Shown piece after piece: positions 1-9,340 of a stretch of 64,000 nt of DNA. The notes beneath the pieces are model-generated. The model was given only the letters and a program-made list of their open reading frames with translations, did not search any database and was not told the DNA's origin. How positions within the stretch are numbered: position 1 is the stretch's first letter; every line of letters starts with the position of its first letter. This DNA is from Bacilli bacterium (GTDB lineage: Bacteria; Bacillota_I; Bacilli_A; RFN20; CAG-826), in assembly GCA_045597865.1 (NCBI GenBank), contig JAZLKX010000052.1:43017-107016 (forward strand), written 5' to 3'. The position numbers and the translations under genes were made by a program.

Positions 1-542
1 CAAACATTTTGCTTATTAAGCAGATGTACGATGACTTCGTTGATTACGGCTATGACAATTACGAGCTAGAATTGACAAAGATGGGTGGTGATGAAACACC
101 TGATATGTCAGCTCCTGTGTTAATCTCAACATGGCAGTCGCTGCAAAATAAGTCAGCTGACTTCTTTGAAGATTTTGATGCAGTATTCGTTGATGAATGC
201 CTCGCTGGTGATACTTTAATTGAAACAAAAGGAGGAAAAAAACCAATTAAAGATATTAAAGCAGGTGAATTAGTTTTATCATTTAATAATAAAACTAAGG
301 AATTTGAATATAAAGAAGTGCTTGAGACATTTATAAATCACACATCAAGTAAATCAGCTAAAATGATAAAAATAACATTGGAAAATGATGAAACGATTGA
401 AATTACAGAAAATCATCCAGTGTTAACTAAAAATAGAGGTTGGGTTATTGCTGGTGAATTAACTGAAACTGATGAAATTGTTGATGTTAATTTTATAAAT
501 AATACAAAGGATGATTTGAGTGAAGACAAATCAGCTTTATAA
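1..542 (+). CDS. SF2 DExH-box helicase, N-terminal fragment (5' end cut by window) ending in a split-intein N fragment (IntN 198-539)
   Basis: Frame is open from the window edge. Sequence reads ...DAVFVDE, then Cys198 CLAGDTLIET (intein block A) and ITENHPV (TxxH block B). Stop is TAA 540-542. Sequence turns AT-rich from about 230. Confidence 0.8.
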   Translation, partial: NILLIKQMYDDFVDYGYDNYELELTKMGGDETPDMSAPVLISTWQSLQNKSADFFEDFDAVFVDECLAGDTLIETKGGKKPIKDIKAGELVLSFNNKTKEFEYKEVLETFINHTSSKSAKMIKITLENDETIEITENHPVLTKNRGWVIAGELTETDEIVDVNFINNTKDDLSEDKSAL

Positions 543-559
543 ATAAAAAAAATTTTTTT

Positions 560-614
560 GGCGTTTATGATGCTGTTCTTCACTTTAAGCATCATAAACG
601 CCATTTTTTTTTTT
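560..614 (+). terminator. Rho-independent terminator directly after the IntN-encoding fragment
   Basis: Perfect 15-bp inverted repeat ggcgtttatgatgct (560-574) / agcatcataaacgcc (588-602), followed by a T-run at 604-614. Confidence 0.8.
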
Positions 615-626
615 GGAGTGAAGACC

Positions 627-1256
627 ATGAAAAAAGAACAGTTTATTCAAGATTTCTTTAGTATCAGTTTATCTTTAACATTTAATGCTGTTAAGGCATA
701 TAAAATGTTAATAAAATACATTGAGCACGATGTATTTTCAAGATTTCCAGAAATTTATGACGCACTAATAAAAAAATTTTTTTATAGTGATAATTTTTAT
801 TTTAAGAAACTGTATCATAAAATAAATGGATATATTGGCGGGTTCCATCATGAACCTATTAAAGGACACGTACCATGGAATAAAGGTAAAATTGGACGAA
901 TGCCGACTCCATGGAATAAAGGTCTGACTAAAAATACTGATGCACGTTTAAAAAATCTTTCAATAAGTAGGCGTGGTGATAAAAATCCATGTTCATATAA
1001 AAATAAACCTGATAGAACTTTAATGAATGTTAAACAATCTGAAACAATGAAACAAAAAATTCTAAATAATGAATTTACGCCAAAAACATCCAATAGACTC
1101 TGTCATAAAACATTAAAATATAATGGAAAAAATTTTAGATCATCATGGGAAATTATTTTTTATATAATAAATGATGAAAAATATGAATATGAAACAAAAA
1201 GAGTAAAAATACGTGTTAGATGGAAAAACAAAAATTTATATTTCAGATTTTTATGA
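627..1256 (+). CDS. Homing-endonuclease-like protein, N-terminal part (repeated PWNKG nuclease-associated DNA-binding motifs); frame breaks near 1207-1253
   Basis: ATG 627 lies after ggag. Motifs HVPWNKGKIGRMPTPWNKGLTKNTD resemble NUMOD-type repeats of phage HNH/GIY-YIG homing enzymes. AT-rich. Confidence 0.55.
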   Translation: MKKEQFIQDFFSISLSLTFNAVKAYKMLIKYIEHDVFSRFPEIYDALIKKFFYSDNFYFKKLYHKINGYIGGFHHEPIKGHVPWNKGKIGRMPTPWNKGLTKNTDARLKNLSISRRGDKNPCSYKNKPDRTLMNVKQSETMKQKILNNEFTPKTSNRLCHKTLKYNGKNFRSSWEIIFYIINDEKYEYETKRVKIRVRWKNKNLYFRFL

Positions 1257-1479
1257 TAGTGAAACCAACACAATTTTTGAAATTAAACCTGATAGGATGA
1301 TGTATGAAATAAATAAAGCGAAGTATGAACTGATAAAATCCGCATGTATTAAAGAAGGATTTAATTTCATTCATATTGGCGATGAATGGTATGAATATGT
1401 AAAAAATCATAATATGTATTATGATTTTTGTTCAACTAAAATTTCATCAGAAATTATTAAAAAATTTTTTGGACGATAA
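1213..1479 (+). CDS. Homing-endonuclease-like protein, C-terminal part (PD-(D/E)xK / Vsr-like core), +1 frame relative to 627-1256
   Basis: DGKTKIYISDFYDSETNTIFEIKPD fits the Y-x-(P/S)-D-F ... E-x-K restriction-endonuclease-fold pattern. It continues the upstream ORF after a 1-nt frame change. Confidence 0.5.
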   Translation: MLDGKTKIYISDFYDSETNTIFEIKPDRMMYEINKAKYELIKSACIKEGFNFIHIGDEWYEYVKNHNMYYDFCSTKISSEIIKKFFGR

Positions 1480-1482
1480 AAA

Positions 1483-2385
1483 ATGAAAATTAAAAAAATT
1501 GAAATCATTGAAAAACCTGAAGAAGTTTATAATATATCTGTTAAGGATAATGAAAATTATGTTGCTAATGGTATAGTCGTTCATAATTGCCACGGCTCTC
1601 AAGCAAAGAAACTGTTTGGTATCATTGGTCATTGTGTAAATGCAAGAATCAAGATTGGAACAACAGGTACATTACCCACAGATGCAGCAGAACTGTTAAA
1701 AGTGCAGTCTGTGCTTGGTAGCGTTATCTTTGAACTTAAATCAAAGGAACTAATTGACCAAGGTGTTCTCACACAGTTGCAGATAGCAAATGTTATTCTT
1801 AAGTATCCGCTTGAGTTTATCATGGCTAACAAAGGTAGAGCTTATCAGGAAGAGGTAAGATTGGTAGAGGATTATAGCGGGAGAAACAAAGCGCTAGAAT
1901 TCATTCTTCATCATACCCCTAGCGACCATAATATACTAGTGTTAGTCAATCATATCAAACATTTAAATGATATTAAAAAGTGGTGCGAGGAAGCTTTCCC
2001 TGAACGCGAAGTAAATATCATCAGCGGCGCAGTCAAAGGTAAAGAACGCGATGAAATTCGCGTAGGCGTTGAAAATAAAAACGGACTTATTCTGCTTGCA
2101 ACATATCAGACGATGTCAACTGGTGTAAACATACCTAAGTTGCACGATGTCGTGCTATATGCAAACAGTAAATCAAAGATCAAGGTGCTTCAGTCAATAG
2201 GTCGTGGTCTTAGAAGACATGTTACCAAGAATAAGATCGTGCTTTATGATATTGTTGATGACTTATCATATCAGACAAGCAGAGGTCGTGTTGTTGAAAA
2301 CTACTTATTGAAGCATTGGAAAGAACGACTTGAGTATTATAAGGAACAAGAGTTCCCATTCATATCAACCTCAATTAACATATAA
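1483..2385 (+). CDS. Split-intein C fragment (IntC 1483-1587, 35 aa) fused to the helicase C-terminal fragment
   Basis: MKIKKIEIIEKPEEVYNISVKDNENYVANGIVVHN|CHGSQAKK. Helicase motifs TTGT (III) and QSIGRGLRR (VI) are present. The ORF has its own ATG 4 nt after the endonuclease stop. Confidence 0.85.
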   Translation: MKIKKIEIIEKPEEVYNISVKDNENYVANGIVVHNCHGSQAKKLFGIIGHCVNARIKIGTTGTLPTDAAELLKVQSVLGSVIFELKSKELIDQGVLTQLQIANVILKYPLEFIMANKGRAYQEEVRLVEDYSGRNKALEFILHHTPSDHNILVLVNHIKHLNDIKKWCEEAFPEREVNIISGAVKGKERDEIRVGVENKNGLILLATYQTMSTGVNIPKLHDVVLYANSKSKIKVLQSIGRGLRRHVTKNKIVLYDIVDDLSYQTSRGRVVENYLLKHWKERLEYYKEQEFPFISTSINI

Positions 2386-2392
2386 ATAAAGT

Positions 2393-4183
2393 ATGGATCC
2401 TACAGTATTTTTCTATGATTGGAATTATGATCATACCAGCCATTTTTGGCCAGGTCTTATCTATTCTGAAGATAAGCGTCCGTATTGCCGTCCTGATTTA
2501 ACTGACGATGAACGTGAAAACGATGACGACGACGGCGATACACAATTTAATGACGATGATACGCGTGGTAGTACTTATTTGACTGCCAACATACTTGATG
2601 GACAAGGTGCATACCAAAATAGCGATTTACTTACATATGTAAAACTATCATCCGCTTCACAAGGTATTGGATGGTCAGATGCAAATGCAGTATGGTATGA
2701 TACTGTTTTAATGAAAGGTTCCGATACTGAAGTTTATTTTTATGATGTAGAAAACTATATTATATGTGGTATAGATGAATCTGGTGAAGTTTTAGATTTT
2801 ATTAACTGTACATCTAAGAATTTGACTTGGAATGCTACGACAAAAAGATTCCAATTTACGTATAATGGTCGTTCATACGATCTGTATAGTTCTAAGGCAG
2901 TCAATGGTACATACAATAGAGTAAATAACTTAGCAACATTCGCAGCTGATGGCGCTATCGTTTTGTTTATACCACCTTCTGTAGGCAATATCAATACGGT
3001 TGGCGTTAAGTATAAAAAGAAAAGCACTGGTGATGATGTATACGCAATTCGTCATGCTGTTGAAATCGTTGCTATGTACGCTGATGTCATGGAAGTTGAC
3101 CGTTTAAATGTTTATTCAACTACCCCAGAACTATCAGCAAATGGCAAAATTGAAAAAGTACAGTTTCATAAGTCAGCTTGGACGTATAATTCACGTAAGG
3201 TTTGGGTAAAGGATTTACGAAAAACATATCCACCTAATCTTGATGATAAAACTACTGCTGAAGATGTACTTAACAACGCATTGGCCGAGCCAACGAATCC
3301 TTGGAAGACACCTGATGAATTCTACAGCGACTGGAAACCAACTGAAACGATTGTAAAAGGACCGAATGGATTTGTTAAAGCATTTAGCCGTATCTTTGGT
3401 AAGAAGTATAAGACGTATAAGATTAAGGAAACTATGCCTGTTTGGTTCTGGTGTAATACTTTACGTAACTGGTGTACTTTTAAACACACTAAGCATCATA
3501 CTCTTGAGCTATTTTTATGGAATGGTATGAATGGATGGGATCCTGCAACTAAGATAATTTTACCTGTTAAGAAACGCAGAGAGGTTTTAGCAAAATACTT
3601 ATATGATGTAAAGCGATTCATCCGCGGGCCTTTCATTAGTGCACGTATCAACTATAATAACATGTATTATGCATGGCGCTCAATTAAGCTATCTGACGAT
3701 ACTAAGTTCTCACAATATGATGAAGACAGTTTTCAGACTGTTAAGCTTGGTAAAACATATCTAAACAACAAAGGTACAAGAAGATATCCATTCTCCATTG
3801 GTATTCCTCCTATCTTTAGAACTGTTGCGGGCGAAATTTGTTTGCTTTATTATCTGCGTATACCTGGTATGCAGTGGTGGTCTGACTTAATCTATAAAGA
3901 ACATGTTGATTTTATCAACTCAGTTTGCCAAGCTTACTTTGGCAAGGGTGAAGATAAGACCATCAATCAACATTGGAAGAGATATACATTCGTTAAAGAC
4001 ATTTCTGAAGAATATGCCAATGAAGTAATTACTGATGAAAAGTCAACGCTGATTTATAAGCCAGAAATAAATACAATACGTGAAGATAATGAAGTACTTA
4101 ACATTTCATTCACAATACCGCGTCAGTATTTTGAAACGCTGAACGGCACAGATGAATCTTATGTTGAGGAATGGAGTAGATAA
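2393..4183 (+). CDS. Hypothetical protein, possible virion/tail component
   Basis: 596-aa ORF with an acidic N-terminal tract (DDERENDDDDGD). No catalytic motif recognised. It directly abuts the giant fibre-like gene. Confidence 0.6.
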   Translation: MDPTVFFYDWNYDHTSHFWPGLIYSEDKRPYCRPDLTDDERENDDDDGDTQFNDDDTRGSTYLTANILDGQGAYQNSDLLTYVKLSSASQGIGWSDANAVWYDTVLMKGSDTEVYFYDVENYIICGIDESGEVLDFINCTSKNLTWNATTKRFQFTYNGRSYDLYSSKAVNGTYNRVNNLATFAADGAIVLFIPPSVGNINTVGVKYKKKSTGDDVYAIRHAVEIVAMYADVMEVDRLNVYSTTPELSANGKIEKVQFHKSAWTYNSRKVWVKDLRKTYPPNLDDKTTAEDVLNNALAEPTNPWKTPDEFYSDWKPTETIVKGPNGFVKAFSRIFGKKYKTYKIKETMPVWFWCNTLRNWCTFKHTKHHTLELFLWNGMNGWDPATKIILPVKKRREVLAKYLYDVKRFIRGPFISARINYNNMYYAWRSIKLSDDTKFSQYDEDSFQTVKLGKTYLNNKGTRRYPFSIGIPPIFRTVAGEICLLYYLRIPGMQWWSDLIYKEHVDFINSVCQAYFGKGEDKTINQHWKRYTFVKDISEEYANEVITDEKSTLIYKPEINTIREDNEVLNISFTIPRQYFETLNGTDESYVEEWSR

Positions 4184-7100
4184 ATGAGTTCCGTTGTATT
4201 TAATGCGTTTAAACAAAGATTTCTAAATGGTGAAGTTCCTAAAAATGATACATGGACATTTCTACCGGTAAATAAAAAGTTTAATAACACATTCGTTCGT
4301 ACACAGGACGAATTTAAGCTTGAGCAGTTTCGTTCACTTAGCGATTTATTTGACCATAACTTTGATGCAATGAATAATTCATACTTTGAAGGTATTCGCA
4401 CAGACTATGATTGGTATAAACCATTAGATACAAGCGGAACATCTAAACCGATGTTCATCACATCCGGTGTTTTTGATAAAGATGGCAACCAATTATCAGC
4501 AAGTAACTGGGAAGATTTTCAGAAGACCGAATTTTATAAAGATGTTTCAGGCAACCGCGATGTAAATACTTATCTTGCATCAGGTGGTTTTTATTACATC
4601 CTAAAGAAAGATGAACTTCGTTGGTTTGCTGACCGAGTAAATTCAGGCAATAATAGAATCATCGGCGTTTTGGGTGATGGCATTGACGGTGTTATTCATG
4701 GGCAGATTGGTAAATCTGAAGATTACCCATTCCAAGGCGTATTTGATGGCAATGGCCACGCTTTAGAAGATGTCACTGTTATCTGTGATAATGATGATAA
4801 TGGTCTTATTGGTATCTTAGGTTCGGAAGGTACAGTTAAAAACATCAAACTTATTAACAATCAAGGATTTTTAGATGATCCTGATAACGTTTCATTGAAA
4901 TGTGAAAAACTAATTGACATAAATCATATCAAGAAGAATGGCCGAGACGTTAATGCAGGCGTTCTTGTTGGCCGTAACTATGGACATATCGTAAACATCG
5001 ATGCACATGAATTAGGACAGTTCCGTTTTTCAGGTTTCGTACCACAGGTATATTCAGTAACAAACAAATCTGATAACTATAATGATTTTTCTACCATTCG
5101 TTCTAAGTTTGACGAAGGCGAAAATATGTATTACCTAAATTCCTGGTGTATCAATTCACCAGGAAATGTTTGCCCGTATGTTGGCTATTTTGCTGAAGGT
5201 CTTTTTGCACAATCGGCTAGAGGTTATGCGTATTCAACTGATGATGCTACTACAGCTACTATTCATTGCATTGAATCTTATCCAACACTAAAATCAAAAT
5301 ACAATGCTGGTATATGCGATGCAACGTTGGACTTATCATCTGGTATGACGAGATTTGGATTCTTCGTCAAGGCTGCTGCGGATCAAGGCATTTACAAGGA
5401 CGGCGGTGAACATGATGCTGAACGAAAGGCATGTTTAACCGATCCGCTTTATTATCAGTACGCTGATACTGAGTGGGGAACAAACTGTGTACTTTTCTTA
5501 GGTTATACTGGTAAAGATGAACTGGGCAAAGACATTAAATACTTTATTGAGATTAACGGTACTGCTTATGATAAGAAGGCAAAGAAAGGACAACGCCGTT
5601 ATTATTTCCATGCTGGACATTTTAACTATAAGAAAAATTTAACTTATAAAGTTCTAGGAAGCAACTTTAATAGCTGGGGTGAAAACTGGGGCGATGATAG
5701 TGATGACGATAGCCTGTCACGAAAATACTATTATCCTTTAGGTGATGGCGATAAGTACGCTATTAAGTGCGCGTTTGTATTTTCAAATGGCGAGGATGAT
5801 GCTGAAACAAATGATGATGATGGCATTAGCGATGAAGACTTTGAAGTAAATGATAATGATATCCGCGTTTATACTGCTGACGGTATTCCTGCTAAGATTG
5901 TGTCATTTGACTGGACTGCTCTACGATGGACGCCATTGAATAAAGATACATCAAGTTCTGTATGGAATGATATTAAGTATAAATTGCATATTAGAAAAGG
6001 CGTTTATTATTATGGCGGTACTATTATTGACAACTCAGATATATCACAACCAGGTAAACCCAGAACATGGCTATTCTTCTTTGTTGTTAACGAAGAAAAT
6101 CCAACTGTAACAAAAGACAGCAAGGATGACGCTGGTATAGGTTTACATTCAGCCTTGAATTTTGAAGAATATGACACTGAAACACACTGGTGTGGAACGG
6201 CAACGAATAAAGGGCGCTGGGCGTATTATGATGAAGAATTGTCAGTTGAAGATGCGTATAAAAAAGCATGCAACGGCGATTTTGGTATGGCAGTTCCTGA
6301 AGCAATGCGTTCAGCTTTAACTGATGCAGCGTCTGTTAAAATTGCAGATGACGCTTGTGCTGAAAAATCTTATATGTTCCACTGGGAATATGAAAAGAAT
6401 ACTACTGGACCTAATCACTACGCAACAAAAATTCTTGTTGACGATTCTGATAAGTCAGACCTTAGCGCGTATTTATCGCATCGTCAAGAGACATGGAAAG
6501 ACGGTGTACATTTTAATGGTTTGCATAAGTATGATATGCTAGTAAACAGTAATGTGTATGCTGCGGGTACAATGGTATTGACTTTATTGCAAGTTTCTGA
6601 TTTTCAGTATCGTCCATTTGTGCATGCATCTGAAACTGATAATTTAGTTTATGTAAATGAAACAGATCCAACTACATGGAAAAGTAATCCATCTTTATTC
6701 CCAGGTGCACGTTTTGGTGATGTTTCTGGAATTTATGGTTTTGCTCCAACCTTGCAGTATTTTACTGACGCTGCGCGTCGTTATGCAATGAATCCAAATT
6801 ATTACGGATTAGACGTTGATGGTTTCTGGACTACAAACTGTGTTCGCCCAGATCCTGAGAACGATCCTTGGAAAAACCAACATACAGGCCGTGAAAGCTG
6901 GATTTCAACTCTGAACTTTAACTGGAATATCATGCGCCACATGTTTGATACCGAAAATGATTATTATAAGCGCATGGCTGAATATGACCAGGTTAATGAT
7001 CCTGAGCCATACCGTTATGATACACACATTGAAATGCATAACCAATTTATGCCGCCCGAGGTTTATAAAGGTCTTGACTTTACTGATGAAAAGTATTTTA

Positions 7101-9340
7101 AGTCGGACTTGCCACATGCAATTTTAAACAAGCCACTGCGCATGAATAACATGGCTCGTGCTGCATACTACATTTCACCAATCGTTGGTGCCAATTATGG
7201 ACGCATTCAACACGTAGTTGTTAGCTCTGAACGAACTAATGTTGGAAACTTTGTTGGCTTTATTGGTTCTATTGCTGGTAAACAGGAACGTGGCTTTGTT
7301 GACTTCTGCTCAGTATACGCAAAGGATAAGTTTAAATACTTTGAAAATGAACCTGTGAAACCCAATTATGATACTATGGACGAATCTGCTTTCTCAGCTG
7401 CAATGGCTAAGTATGATGATGCTTGCCGTAATTACAACTATCAGGTACGCTATAAAACGACACCTATCATGCCAGCAACAGTTTCAGAAGCAGTTCAGAC
7501 ATTAACAGAAAATCCTGATTTTGATTGGAAAGATTATGAATACTATCCGAAAGGCAGCGATACAAAAATTGATGAAGATGAATACAGTGCAGTATCGTCT
7601 AATCCTATTCTGACGAAGGATTACCTTAATAAGATAGGAGTAATTAGATATATTGATACAGACTCAAAAACTGATTGGATAAATGCTGGATTTAAGGTAT
7701 ATACTAAAAATCCTGACTACATCTATGATAAAGCATTCTTTGACGCATCTGCTCCAATTCGTGCATTTACATCAGCATGGTATGATGACTACAATGTTAC
7801 AGCTGAAAATGTAATGGATGATGTTGTTACTTATAAGCTACGTCCGATCTTTAATGCAGGTGGCTTGTTTGGTAAAGTTGTGCCAACTTATAATATGAAT
7901 ACGCTTGACATAACTGGACTTATGCCAATGTCCGGTACAACATTCCAGAACTGTAACGTACATTACATACTTGATGATGCCGTACCTGAAGCACAAATAA
8001 CTGATGTTACTTTGTTGTCAGCATACTCAAAAGATATTCATGATACATTTGGCGCTATTGCTGGTTTGCTGGAAGTACAGACATCAGAAACATGCCAGTG
8101 GAATAAAAACGTAAATAACTCAATTGTGTTGAATGAAATAAACGTATCTGCCCAATGCAATGCAAATGAACCTGTACTTGCTTTTGGTTTCATGTCGTAT
8201 CAGCCTAATGAGCTGCCTTCTGTAGTTGCTACTGAAGGTTCACCTCGTCAAAAAGCAGGTACACACGCAGGCGAATATACTGAAACTACTTACGCTATTG
8301 ATTTACCTATTGTGATTAACAATAATGTTGGTGGTTCACGCCACCGAATGTCATACGCACCTATTAACCAATCATCAGCAGCGTTCTTTGCATTTTCAGA
8401 TAACAAATATCCTACGTATAATGATGTCATTTCTGGTGAAAGTTCAAAAATGTATATGCAGGATATTGTGGATAATGTTTTCATTACCAATGGCAACGTG
8501 AATGTTAATAACTCAGCAATTACTTACTGCAACCCATCTGCTTTGACAATTTACATGGGTAAACGTGGCCCACTTAGTGTTGACAGTACATTTGGTTCAA
8601 ATACTACATTCATTCCAGCTATGCCAACATTGCCTAATGAAAACGCATCAGCTTATTCAACGATTTCACTTGTAAAGGAACAGCTTGATAACCCGGTAAA
8701 CACAAGAACGTATTGTGTTGCTCATAGTGAACTTGCTGCTGATGTTAATAAGTTCCATAAAACAACTAACTTCTCACCTATCAACATTGACTGTTTAAAG
8801 AATTCTGAGATCTTTAAGAAACAAGACGTTGTAGATATTTACTTTGACTATACATATTCTTCTAAGAGTGCATTTGTGGATGACTGGTCATTCACGCAAG
8901 ATGTAAAGTTCACATCAGCACTTGATGTTGATAAGCATAACAGAGGTATTAAGCCGAATGACAACAACATTAGACTTGGATATGTATTCCGTGATGAACT
9001 GAATTATTCGGGTAATGGTTTCTGGTATAATAATAACTATCTACACTTAGGTAATTCAGTTTCACCTAAGCACATTAGAACCAAACTTGCACCGTCTGGT
9101 GCTCATCTGTATACTTCCGGTGCTGCAGGCTATTACTATAATAATGAAGGTGAACTTGTTTCTGCAAATGATGAGCATTCATTCGGCGGATTCTTGGTAC
9201 TTGACTCTCAAGAACGAACAATAATGTTTATAGATAATACGTCAGGTGCGAAAATTGAGGACGGCGGTTCATATAACCTACAGTGCTCACCTGTTGTTTA
9301 TGACGGCACATCTGGCGGCTTGCTATTAGAGGTTAAGTAA
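4184..9340 (+). CDS. Giant (1718 aa) fibre/adhesin-like structural protein with a beta-helix (GLUG-like) segment
   Basis: Uninterrupted ORF with a TAAATG junction to the upstream gene. Contains FQGVFDGNGHALEDVTVICDNDDNGLIGILGSEGTVKNIKLINN and D/E-rich inserts. Confidence 0.65.
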   Translation: MSSVVFNAFKQRFLNGEVPKNDTWTFLPVNKKFNNTFVRTQDEFKLEQFRSLSDLFDHNFDAMNNSYFEGIRTDYDWYKPLDTSGTSKPMFITSGVFDKDGNQLSASNWEDFQKTEFYKDVSGNRDVNTYLASGGFYYILKKDELRWFADRVNSGNNRIIGVLGDGIDGVIHGQIGKSEDYPFQGVFDGNGHALEDVTVICDNDDNGLIGILGSEGTVKNIKLINNQGFLDDPDNVSLKCEKLIDINHIKKNGRDVNAGVLVGRNYGHIVNIDAHELGQFRFSGFVPQVYSVTNKSDNYNDFSTIRSKFDEGENMYYLNSWCINSPGNVCPYVGYFAEGLFAQSARGYAYSTDDATTATIHCIESYPTLKSKYNAGICDATLDLSSGMTRFGFFVKAAADQGIYKDGGEHDAERKACLTDPLYYQYADTEWGTNCVLFLGYTGKDELGKDIKYFIEINGTAYDKKAKKGQRRYYFHAGHFNYKKNLTYKVLGSNFNSWGENWGDDSDDDSLSRKYYYPLGDGDKYAIKCAFVFSNGEDDAETNDDDGISDEDFEVNDNDIRVYTADGIPAKIVSFDWTALRWTPLNKDTSSSVWNDIKYKLHIRKGVYYYGGTIIDNSDISQPGKPRTWLFFFVVNEENPTVTKDSKDDAGIGLHSALNFEEYDTETHWCGTATNKGRWAYYDEELSVEDAYKKACNGDFGMAVPEAMRSALTDAASVKIADDACAEKSYMFHWEYEKNTTGPNHYATKILVDDSDKSDLSAYLSHRQETWKDGVHFNGLHKYDMLVNSNVYAAGTMVLTLLQVSDFQYRPFVHASETDNLVYVNETDPTTWKSNPSLFPGARFGDVSGIYGFAPTLQYFTDAARRYAMNPNYYGLDVDGFWTTNCVRPDPENDPWKNQHTGRESWISTLNFNWNIMRHMFDTENDYYKRMAEYDQVNDPEPYRYDTHIEMHNQFMPPEVYKGLDFTDEKYFKSDLPHAILNKPLRMNNMARAAYYISPIVGANYGRIQHVVVSSERTNVGNFVGFIGSIAGKQERGFVDFCSVYAKDKFKYFENEPVKPNYDTMDESAFSAAMAKYDDACRNYNYQVRYKTTPIMPATVSEAVQTLTENPDFDWKDYEYYPKGSDTKIDEDEYSAVSSNPILTKDYLNKIGVIRYIDTDSKTDWINAGFKVYTKNPDYIYDKAFFDASAPIRAFTSAWYDDYNVTAENVMDDVVTYKLRPIFNAGGLFGKVVPTYNMNTLDITGLMPMSGTTFQNCNVHYILDDAVPEAQITDVTLLSAYSKDIHDTFGAIAGLLEVQTSETCQWNKNVNNSIVLNEINVSAQCNANEPVLAFGFMSYQPNELPSVVATEGSPRQKAGTHAGEYTETTYAIDLPIVINNNVGGSRHRMSYAPINQSSAAFFAFSDNKYPTYNDVISGESSKMYMQDIVDNVFITNGNVNVNNSAITYCNPSALTIYMGKRGPLSVDSTFGSNTTFIPAMPTLPNENASAYSTISLVKEQLDNPVNTRTYCVAHSELAADVNKFHKTTNFSPINIDCLKNSEIFKKQDVVDIYFDYTYSSKSAFVDDWSFTQDVKFTSALDVDKHNRGIKPNDNNIRLGYVFRDELNYSGNGFWYNNNYLHLGNSVSPKHIRTKLAPSGAHLYTSGAAGYYYNNEGELVSANDEHSFGGFLVLDSQERTIMFIDNTSGAKIEDGGSYNLQCSPVVYDGTSGGLLLEVK

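Larger units (their letters stand above)
198..1587 (+). mobile_element. Split intein plus free-standing homing-endonuclease gene inserted in helicase motif II (fractured-gene arrangement)
   Basis: IntN runs 198-539 and IntC 1483-1587 (ends ...GIVVHN, followed by +1 Cys). An endonuclease-like ORF lies between them. The insert is visibly AT-richer than the flanking exteins. Confidence 0.75.
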
